Part shown: positions 27,301 to 38,602 of the stretch, piece by piece | Numbering within the stretch: position 1 is the stretch's first letter | Layout: each line of letters opens with the position of its first letter | Assembly (NCBI RefSeq): GCF_000150275.1 | Contig: NW_002060972.1 | Span: forward strand, 1 to 64,000 | Source of the DNA: Trichoplax adhaerens | Taxonomy: Eukaryota > Animalia > Placozoa | Direction: 5' to 3' | DNA: 64,000 bases | Translations under genes and position numbers: made by a program | Notes under the pieces: generated by a model | Told to the model about the DNA's origin: nothing | What the model saw: only the letters and a program-made list of their open reading frames with translations | Databases searched by the model: none

Positions 27301-30259
27301 TTTATGGAAGGTTTTCGTATTGCTCAAGACTAGTTTTACGCTATGAATGAAGTGCTAACGGTTTTAAGCAGAAAAAAGGTTCATGTATCGAAAAGAAGAT
27401 AATTTATCCATGTAAGTCACTGCGCGACAAAAGTATGCATAACTGGATGACTGCATTAAAGTGCATTAGGTAAAGTGTCTATGCTTGTCATACAGTCAGT
27501 AGAATTAATCTATTAGGTGAGTGATTGATTAATTGCTTTTATTAAGTATGAAAGTACAGGATATGAGAGTTTATTAATGAAGATGAAAAACTAATATGTA
27601 TACTTCCCGTTCATTTTGATTGTAATAAGTACAACTTGGCCGCTGTACAATGAATTCACGCTAGTCTAAAATTAAATCTGATACAAATCATATTGTTTCA
27701 AGGAACGCCTACAGTGTCGAAACCATTAGCAAGCCTTTTTTTTACGATAGACTTACCTTGATGGCGCAACTCATTAAGTTTGACAACTGCAAACGACTAA
27801 TATTAATGACCATATTTATATCTACGTACAGTACGAAGACAGATAGAAAAGGAGTATTATCACGAGACAGCTCAATCTATATGACAAATAGAACTACTAT
27901 CAGTATAGCAAGGTAATTGCTGTTCACTAAAGAACTTAATGTGGACATAGATCAATTGCCGATATTGTGCACTCTCCAACAAGGACTTTAATTTTTTATG
28001 AAATGTGACACAGCTTAAGATGGCGTCTTTTGTTCACATTTGTGTTCTAAAGTAAAGAGACTAACTTTAAAAATTATTGCTTTAGTTGATACAAGAAATA
28101 AAATTGTCTTCTTCTATAAATGGTTCAGTAAAATTTTGACTTCTATATTTTCTAGTCCGTTAATATTGTCAATTTTTCATGTTGTTGTTAACTTCTAAAG
28201 GATCAAACCACCAATATGCGAGAATTTCCTTAACTAATACAAAGGATAATATAACATTTTAAAATCAACTACCTCTACTCAACAGTAATAGAAAAGTAAG
28301 TTAAGAACGAGTGACACATAATACATTCGGTAAACTACAGGGGATAATTTATTAACGTTATGGCTAGTTATACAAATTGATCTAGTTTAGGGCTTAAAGA
28401 ATTTTAGCAGTGTAATAACCATGGTTCTTTAATTAGTGTATTAACATTAGTAACTTTCATAAAAGTCAGAATCGCATTCTTATAAGGTAAGAGCATGGGA
28501 TGCAATTCATTTACTCTGCTATATAAATCACTTGGGAATATGAAAGTTGCAGTTATTTTACAATGGCGGTATTATTGCTCCTCAGGTTAGTACTTTTCGA
28601 TCAACCACTTTTTCTCAGGTAAAGGTACCTTATTGATGAAGCGATCGAAGATCATTACAATAAGATATTATTAATCTGAATTTTGTCCACCCATGTACTT
28701 TCAGTAGAAATTTCCTACTGTGAGTTAAGTAATTATTGTCACAATTGAAGTCCATCACTTTTATTAGAACTATTTCAGTAATAGCATAAAGGTAACTGCA
28801 TAGCTTACTTCAATTATTAAATTTATATTCTAAGCATTCAATTCAATCATCAAAATTAGTTTAGTTAGAAATGACGTCAAAGAGATAGAAATACACGTAT
28901 GATGATATGCTTGTGTTCTACTTTTCATTTAACGTATAACATTTTACAATTTTGAACAATAGACTTTTAGGCCTTTTGCGAATTATAACCTACAGGTTTT
29001 CCAGATATATTGTCTGCAAGTGAATATATTATAGACATCTTTCGGGGCATATAAAAGGCTACTTTTTCATTTAGGATCTTATTCAATTGGGCACGATCTT
29101 GCGTATAGAAATTTTTCTGAAGTTTGAGGATCCTTTCTTTTCAAGAAAATTAGAAGGTAAATTACCTTTATGGCAAAAATTAATTTTTGTATCTAATGGT
29201 ACTGAAAAATTGGTTCAATTGGAATAAGTCCTTTCCAATTTCTCTGAAATCACTTTACTGTTTGTTAAATTATTAATTTTGCAGATTACTTTCATGATGC
29301 TACTTGCAGCAAAAGCTTCTATAGAATCCTTGCATAGCTATCATTTCTCTAATTTACGTATCTATGCTAAATAATGCATTTTCGAGAGATACTACTGCCA
29401 ACTAAAAATCCTTTAAGAATCACTTACATCATTACAGCCTCCTTACGCTTTCCTATAATTAATGAACGCATTGGCTCATTCGACTTCAGATTTAAATTTC
29501 GATAATTTAATTCAACTTCGAAATTATCTCCATTTGGTTTAATATCTGCTATACCTCAATCCCAGTTATACATAGTACTTTATTATGTGTACCAATCAAG
29601 TAATGAATTTATTTGCTATTGGTTAATTAATGTTTCAAAATTGTTGGGTTCTATTATTGCTATAAGGTAGATAAAGTATAAGTAACATAAATTTGTTAAA
29701 CAACCATTATTGATAGGTTTTAAGGTAATAAATTAAAATAATTGTATTTTTTAATAGATTGGGTTCTATTAAATCGTAATAGTAGTTTAGTGATTTTTTT
29801 TACTGTAAGCAGTTTTAAGTGATGCATCAGCTACTACTATATATTTTTATAGCATGCTTTTCGAGATATTACTGATAATTCGGACACAGATTTTGCTTGA
29901 AATTGGAACTCATTTCTTGTTTAAGTCTTTATTGACTTCATTTCATTATTTTATAAATTGGAATGTTTTTCATATGTATTTTGGTTCATTGGAAAAAAGA
30001 ATCAGATAATTGACACCCGTTCTCTAAATAGATAAGGTCGTTTTAACTATAGAAAGATATTTTATTGTCAGGTCCTTAACTACTTTAATGATCTCAATTT
30101 CTGTAAACGTCAGATAAATTAGTTATTCGAACTTTACAACCATTACCAGGTGGATAAAAATGTTTTATTTTATAGAAAAGATTTAAAACTTATAATTTAA
30201 GAAACCAGTAATCTTAGATTTACTTGCAATCCTAATTCTTATACATTGCTTGATCAGCT

Positions 30260-33200
30260 ATGAATATAAAAATAGCCTTCATCGCTACCTTATTCCTTGC
30301 TTTCGCACTGGCAGAAGACAATGAGCTGGGAATTGTACAAGAAAATGAAATTGAAGAGGCTTTGAAAGACATCAATTTAGATGAAGACTTGCAGCTCTTA
30401 GATCATGAAGATGATGAAATGGAGGATAATATTGAGAGATTAGCGGTGAGTGTCCGCAATTTTAATTTAGATTACATATTATTTTTACAAAAAGCCAGTA
30501 ATCAATTCGCTAAGGACGATTTTCTACGTCACTGGACGACTTAGCTAATTGAATGATAGAGACAACGCCGTTATATTATTAGTGTTAATCAAGTAATTAT
30601 TTATTGCCAGCAATAATGCTAATCATGATATTCTGCAGCATACTTTTGCTTCATTGTATATAGTAAATCATTCATTACACTTATGGTTTAGGAAGATAGC
30701 TAGGACTGTAATTCGGTCTTGCATAAGGCATTTATGTTTGATATACAACATTCTATCGCTATTGTTGATTCATATTTAAAAGTTTTGTGGATTTGATTTC
30801 AATGTTTAGTTACATGTTATGGTTTTTTGAAATGCAATACCATTATTATATTCTGTGTCATGAGAATATTACTGCATATTACACTGAGTAAATATTTCAG
30901 TGTTTAGTAATATGCTATGGTTATGTAACATGCAATACTATTGTTGTATTTAATTTCATGAGAATACTGCCATATTTTATACTAAATATAGATCTATAAA
31001 GTACAATCCTGCACTGTATAGTTTTATTTCAGTTATGAAGTTACTAATGTATTCATTCCATTTTGGAATAAAAATGACGTCAAAATGATACCTGTGATTT
31101 AATAGGCTATGAAAAAGAAATCTAAGAAGGCTTGGTGGGTAAGTGATTCAAATAACGAAAAGCAATATAACCTACGCTTTTGTTGCTTATTTGAAATATT
31201 AGATGTGCTTTTGATTTATAGCTGCTAAATATATTTATTGCTCGAGTAGATAAAATAATTGATGTAGTAAACAGCAATTCGTTACTGCATAACTCATTAA
31301 TTTTATTAAGANNNNNNNNNNNNNNNNNNNNNNNNNNNNNNNNNNNNNNNNNNNNNNNNNNTTATCGATTTTATGCTATAAACAAGATTCACAGCTTAAA
31401 ATTTAGCCCTACTTTACAGCGACAATATTCACAATGCTGTACATAATTTTATTTTATATGATTAGTAATACAGTAAAACTTAACTTTATAAGTATAGTTT
31501 GTTGAAAAATACTCTAATTTTGATAATCTTTTATCATGAATGAGATGAAAGCTAATTTTTGCTTGCATTGCCATCAATATTAATCAATAATAAATTAAAA
31601 TTTCAGTTGAAATGCAAGTTATTAGGTCAATTTCATGTGTTGGTTTCCATAAGATTAACGCTTTCATTTGATATAAATGAAATTGCTTTTTTTTGTTTAC
31701 TATTCCTTTGAACAACATGAATCTATTTTCTTGGGCCAATATGCTACCGGCAACTATATCTCTAGTGGGTGAGTATAATATTTTATGCTCTTAAAAGTTT
31801 AATATTTAGAAAAAAATTTTTAAGATTAAATATCTTCGTTATAATTTATTTCATAATCATTTCTCAACTTCAATTGTAACTGAAAATATTTGGCCATTGC
31901 CTTCTACTAAACTACAGTCTGTAAGTTGAAAAGAACAATCAATCATTTAGTTTATCAAAATTTTATAATTATAATCAGTTCTAATCTGCTATCCCTTTAT
32001 TCCAAATTATATATTATGAATCGATTCACTTTTACCAAATAAAAGAGAGTAAGTTGAATCATGATGTATACTAATAATGTATAATTTAAATTAAACTTAT
32101 TAATGTTAGATATTTTTTTTAATCATCGAATCTTTAAAATCGATTTTATATTTGGGGCTATACATATTCAAATTGTATAGCGGGTAAGTAAACTTACTAA
32201 ATTATTATTAAAATTTAAATAATAACTCTCATTGTTAATTCTTTCGGTATCTTTTCCTGCAGTATAGCATAAATACTTAAGTTAATGTTCTTATAGTTGT
32301 TGCCACCATTCATGAGAGTACCTCTAGCGCTACGTATTTTTTATATACGCGCACGTAAAAGCAGCCGTAGTTTGGCTATCATAGCAGCTTTACATTAAAT
32401 ATTAATTTGTTTTTTGACTGTATTAATTCGTTAGAAGTCTTTATTTTAGCTAGATTTGAAATATTCACTGCAATAGCTTAGATAAATATTTTTGGTAAAG
32501 GGTATTAATATTGATTCTATTAAATTTGTGAAATTGTATAATTGATATTAACCTCAACGCACACATGAACTAAACCATAAAGCGCGTAAGAGCTTTTCTA
32601 GAAATAAATTGATGAATGCTATACTTTATTATGCTTATTAGTTGTATATTGATTAATACCTTATTTTTTTATTTTAATTATGCGACATTAACCCGCTCAA
32701 TCTACTTAATGGAATGTGTGGGTATTACAGCGCGTAAGTGATAGCTATTTTGGCTAATATTTACATTAGTACTCCAGTCTGTAGAGTACATGTTATCTAT
32801 AAAATAAACCTTCTGCATTTACGATTTAATAACATCAGCATTGATTTGTAACAGAAATAAGATGCATAGTTATATCGTGCAAGACTCAACTTAATGCTAT
32901 TAATAGGACCAGATTTAAAATTCTTGTTTCTATCAAAATTTAATTCTTGTAAATTGTTTGTTATAAATCCCAAAATCCTTGCAATCGATATCATCTTCTT
33001 CTAAACGGCATAGCATGTAAGTTAAAAATAAAAGCTCTTGAATTTGATTACATATATAGTATCTTCCTGACACAGGATGAATAACATAATATTCTAGTGC
33101 ACATTTATTAGGGCCTTATTAACAACCTTGATAAACTATTTCGTAATTAGTTTTAATTCTTATTAATTTGAACTGCGATGAAAACTGAAATTTTATTTGA

Positions 33201-35189
33201 CTATCGACGTCAATGAAACTAAACTAAACAGACGGTGAGTTGAAAAAAAGCTATTATATTTCTCTATAATATCAATAATTTCATTATAATTATAATATTT
33301 TAATCATTTACCTTATCTGTCTCCAACCCAATCTTACGAATTCATTGATATCGGATAAATTGTAGGGTGTAAGTATAAATTGTTTGGATTATTCATGGTT
33401 TTATTTTCCTCTGTAAAAATAGTCGCGATTAAATAAACAAAAACTTTTGCCGTTATTTCGTTAAAAATCCGCAACATTGATTCAATTGTGGCTTGGCTGT
33501 TACATTCAAATCATACAGCGAGTGCGTTAGTAGCTGAGCATCATAGCTTTTATTGTTATCTTACTCATATGTTCAAGGAATACTAAACAAGCCCATTAAA
33601 CTTCTATATTCATGCGATAAATATCAACGATCCCGATAAACATATTAATTTCTGTCTGTTATCCATACAGCGCGTAAGTTAATTTTTAATTATGCTTAAT
33701 ATGATTAAAATATTACATCGTTAGAAAGTAAAGATTAATTATAAAAGACTCATATAATTTGTTACGCAGTTTGCATTAACCGAAATTATTTTAATTTCTC
33801 AATCTATGTAATCGTTATAAATTTCAAATATCAACATGAATTCGACCTGGTAGCGTGTAAGTTCTTTGTAACTAATTACAGGAGATTTGCTTAATGTTGT
33901 TAAATACCCAGCAGAATAATTTAGAATAATTCATGAATGGGCCTAATATTGTAGTTTCTTTTTACCATGACGCTTATCTCTAAATAATGAAATAATTCCT
34001 TTCGCAAAATGTAAATCGAATTAACTATTTATAGCAAGTAAGTCGCAAAATATGTAATTGACGTAACTTGATTAAAAATTTCTTCAAGTGAACTCAGTAT
34101 AAAGCCTAGGAAGTCTAATAACATTTTCTTATTTTTCTCTATCTTATTGGGAATAAATCTGAATCCGTCGATAAAAATAAAAGACTGTAAGTCAAATGGG
34201 CTTAAGCAAATACTGTGGGATATAAATTTTAGCGTGATTTTAACATAGTCTTGGTTTGAAACGTTCTAATGTATTTTACTTTTGGATTACTTTCAATTAT
34301 ATCGCTATTAATGGATCTACAGATTGTAAGTTTGACATTATTGAATGAAGATATAAAAATCAGCTCTTACTGACTGTACTCATTGCGATAAAAAGTAGAA
34401 CGACATTTCTCTAACATATTGATCATTATGCTTTCAATATATGACACTATTTAAATTTATCTGACTTCGGCAAAAATCATAGTGGGTAAGTTTTTATCCA
34501 ATTTGACTGCTAGAAATATCCTTTAAGTCAATAAATACTCTTATATCGATCATGGCTAACATTACTTATTATTATTTCTTATAAATTTTTCATGAAATGG
34601 AAAATGATTCGGTTTTAAAATTTCACTTAATGTAAAACTTTTAGAGTGTATGTGAATTAGACGACTAGTAAATTCAGTTTGCTAGAAATTGGATATATGT
34701 GATAAATTAATGACTTGATTTTTAATTGCAATTTTTTGATCATAAAATGAACGATCCTACTCTACAAATGTTGGTTGTCGAATTCAGGCAGTAAGTTGCA
34801 ATCGACTTAAAATTCATTCTTAATACCTTATAATTAATAATGAAATTCATCCTAACAAAGACTACCATATTTATTTATAAATGATACATCCTGAATTTTT
34901 ATGAAGTCCTCTACGGGCTAATTTCGCGAGGGTGAGTGTATTAAAATTTTCATATCGAACGAGGTAGTGAATGAATCTGACTACAACTTCTAATGCTTTC
35001 TTTATTAATCATTCTGATTTAACGATTGAATTGCTGCAACTATCCAATATTACTATAGCCCGTTAGTTAACAAGACCACACGTATTTCATATTTTGTAGT
35101 ATAAACTTGAGGATCATAGCTGAAATTGTATGATGTTAACTTAACCGTCTTTTCATCACTAAATTACGCTTTAATAGCAGAATAATTGA
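30260..35189 (+). CDS. Second secreted prepropeptide (signal + acidic propiece + cationic C-terminus); C-terminal part apparently encoded by 3-nt micro-exons; 3' end uncertain
   Basis: Exon 1 30260-30445 (MNIKIAFIATLFLAFALA-EDNE...IERLA, GTGAGT donor, phase 0); exon 2 31106-31138 (AMKKKSKKAWW, GTAAGT); gap; 19 AG|NNN|GT units at 31766-35061; candidate last exon TAG|CAG AAT AAT TGA at 35178-35189. Confidence 0.7.
31312..31361. other. Assembly gap inside the micro-exon prepropeptide gene
   Basis: N run, preceded by an acceptor-like TTTTATTAAG|A. Confidence 0.99.
31766..35061 (+). other. Array of at least 19 single-codon (3-nt) micro-exons
   Basis: AG|codon|GT at 31766 TGG, 31918 TCT, 32046 AGA, 32181 CGG, 32583 CGC, 32731 CGC, 33014 CAT, 33232 ACG, 33366 GGT, 33519 CGA, 33671 CGC, 33854 CGT, 34035 CAA, 34184 ACT, 34323 ATT, 34483 TGG, 34645 AGT, 34788 GCA, 35059 CCC; 13 donors are GTAAGT and 2 are GTGAGT. 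Confidence 0.82.
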
Positions 35190-38100
35190 GCAAAACTAAG
35201 CTGGGAAAGTTTAACTTTAACGTAAATACTTAGTCATTAACTATAAGGTAAAAATGATTATCAAATTTAGTAACGTAGGTTAGATTTTAAGATCATATAG
35301 CCCCTGATTATGAAGGATAGTCTATAGCATATGAACTGCAGTGTTTGAATATTATACCTTTTGTAGGCATTTTAGATAAGTTCGTTAGACCAAATACTGG
35401 TTTTGCACTACGAGATCTATATCAATAGGAAAAGTAAGTTATTCATAAACAAGAAAATTATGGAAGCTATTAAGACAACATAGTTACAAGCTTTGATAGT
35501 CCGTGGTATTAGAATTAATTCAGGCATTTATGACTAGGTTTAGTTAGGAATTCAGATCTTGATGGAGAATTTCGAGATACTAAGAGCATGTCCATCACTT
35601 TTTCCGTGCAAACTCTATGTTTCTTGCTACTGTAGAGCTAAGATAATCAGCTGCAAATATTTTCAAAATAGTATGCTATGCATTCTTAAAAAAGACTAAG
35701 CTAGTAGGAATGAATGAAATTCTTACAAGTATCTGCTATTCCTAATGCCTAATAGGCAATCATTGATAAATACACTGATTTATATAAGATGGAGCAATTT
35801 TATAAGAAGGCTTAGTCATGTCGCACTTTTTTTGAGATACATTATTAGGTAATGATTTGCATTTAAATTTACTATTCAATTTGCTTTTTAATTCTTGTAA
35901 TTACTATTAAATTCCCTATTAGGAATAAATGGCAAGCTTGCATATGGCTTTAGTTGAAAATTAAAAGCGATTTTTGGCGAACAAGAGCGAATTTAGTTAT
36001 AGCGACGGATAAATGTTGTTGAATTTACATTATAATTACAAGATAGATCTATAGCATTTATCATTAGTGAGGGTTATGTTGTGGTATAATCAGGAACGTA
36101 TTAATATTCTATCCGATTAATTGCAAATTTCATAGCTGTATAACAATTACTTATGTCATCTTGGTTTACATTGGCTAATTTCATACACCGATGGTATTTA
36201 AAATGTTAATCAATACACTTAAAGGCAATTTCTTACGAATTAATACTAACAATAAACATTTCAAATTGATTGTATATGTAAGGTGTCACGAATAACCTGT
36301 TAAAGAACCAATACTTTGTCAAGTGTAACTAATGATTTCTGAAGTAAAAATCGGTGGAATCTACAGTTCAGCTTTTGAGATAGAATACACGCAGTGAACA
36401 GGATTGTAGAATTTAAATACAAAATTTACCGTAACAAACTATGTAATAGCAAATGACGGTGGAAAATAGCGAAGATTGTAATTGTTATAAATAACTAAGC
36501 ACAACAAGCTATGTTCGAATAGTGTGTGAGGAGACTGTAAAGATATCTACATTTTAGTACGATACAAAATGTCTATATTCTGTAATGAAAAGTATCAGAA
36601 AGAGCTAAATCGCGATCTCATCTCTGAGACGTATTTCAATATCACCGTAATCTATAAATTCGAGGAATGACGGATGCTGTTGTAAAAATTTTATTGAAGA
36701 TGTTATTTCTACCGATTACATATCAATCATTGACCGGATACCAATCGATATTGAAGGAATGGATATTAGTCTTACAGTTTCTTGGTCTATTAAATTTACT
36801 TTAGAATTTGATAAGATGCCAAGAACTCTTACGAGTGAAGGTGAAGTAAGCGAAATTCATAGATTAGTCTTGATTTTTAATTCTTAAACTAATCAATGTG
36901 CAAACAAAATACCGTAAGAAAAATTATAAAGGATATTCAACTTATGGAGCGACGTAAGCAAACAAAATAATTAGATATAAAAGGAGATTCATCTTATAGA
37001 GCGATGCATAAAATAATAAGATATGAAAGAATATTCATCCGTCTTACAGAGCGATAATTTAAAACTGAGATAGCATTGATAAGATGAATATTCCAGTTAT
37101 TCCCATAGAATGATATAATATTAGGAACATGTCAAGGATTATTTTTTATTTGGAAAAAGTATGCTTATGTGATATGAAGAAGTTTTGGTGTAGTAAAGTA
37201 TGTACTGGGTTTGTAAATGTCAACTTGCTGTGTAATCGTGCACTTTTACTAGGCTACCTTCAGCCTAAATTTTGGAGATTAATTAAGCATTCAATTACCT
37301 ATTATACTCAAGTGAGATATTTACAATTGCAAACGTGAGATGTTTCATGTGCAATTTGGTGAAGGAGCGTATTTATTTTCTACGTTTCGATACATTTTTG
37401 TATCAGTAAACTGATGAGACAGATACACGAGAGCTCTAAAAACAATTTTTAGCGTATTTCTACATCACTATCACCAGCCGGTAAACTTAATCTATAATTG
37501 TTGTCACCGATACTCTATTAAATCTCTGATTTACCAACTATGAACTTTAGTGTAAATTATTACCATTTAATTAATCGTTGAAAATTCAAATCAGCAATTT
37601 AAATTTCGACTATACTTGCAAGATTGAAATGTATAACCTTCCTACTACTACTAAATAAGAATCTAATTTTACCATGCAAATGTATGGACTTACAATTAAG
37701 CTAATAAATGAATTTGGAATTGTATACCTGGTACAGCTTTTAAAATAGAAATCAGTTTACTTTTAGACGATCATAAGAGCAATTGCTTGGGCAAAATGTT
37801 CGTCATCATCGTGATTTATAGGTCATCCAATATGTATTGCTAATGCTGCATGCAATTATACGTCGATTATTTGATAGTATGCCTTGTGTGCTGCCGTATT
37901 ATGCAATATGTAGTAATAAGTGATTTATTTAATAGCTGACCTCTCCTCATTAATCGTTCCTGAAATAAAATTAGTCTCTACCTAGCAATAATTAATTTCT
38001 ATGTGTCCTCATTATGGATTTCTAACATACATGAACAGAGGACTGAGAAGAACGGCATCCAAATTGATCAAAAAGAATTTAATGCACCAAAATATACTCG

Positions 38101-38602
38101 TAGATTTTGTATGATGTTAGTTTACTTTCAAAATTTTACGATGTAATAAGACACATAAATTGAACTATCGGGTAGTCATACTTATTTTATTTTGATTTTA
38201 TTATTTTAATAGTGAATTCCGTTAGTTTGGATATAGTATAGCCTGTTAATCTATTGATCTCATCTTGAGTCATAGAAATAAGACAATATTGTTCTATCTA
38301 TAAACCATATGGTTACAAGATGGTCATACGAATGATGCATAAATAATATTTTCTATTTGTATAAGTAACCTTCATAATCTTATGAAAATAGTTTAATTTA
38401 AAAATTTTCACTTGAGCTCTATAGGACAGTTTCACTTGATCCAGCATAGCTGTAATATATCAAGAATTTTGGGTTGCATCATTGGCATTATATTTTTAAT
38501 TCAGGAAGTTTAAATTAAATCCATTTCGATCATCCTTATTAGCATCTTTAAGATTAAGAAAGATATCCAACTTGTTAAGGAAGATTAATTTAAAGCAATA
38601 GC

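Noticed and set aside
32772-32790. CCAG|TCT|GTAGAG as an extra micro-exon
   Set aside because: Only about 44 nt after the previous donor and the donor is weak.
35367-35439. Exon-like segment ending GAAAA|GTAAGT after the micro-exon array
   Set aside because: Phase does not fit a phase-0 chain; it may be a 3' UTR or alternative exon and cannot be resolved without cDNA.
36300-37340. Possible degraded coding sequence and a weak ~50-bp degenerate repeat
   Set aside because: No family-level motif could be supported.
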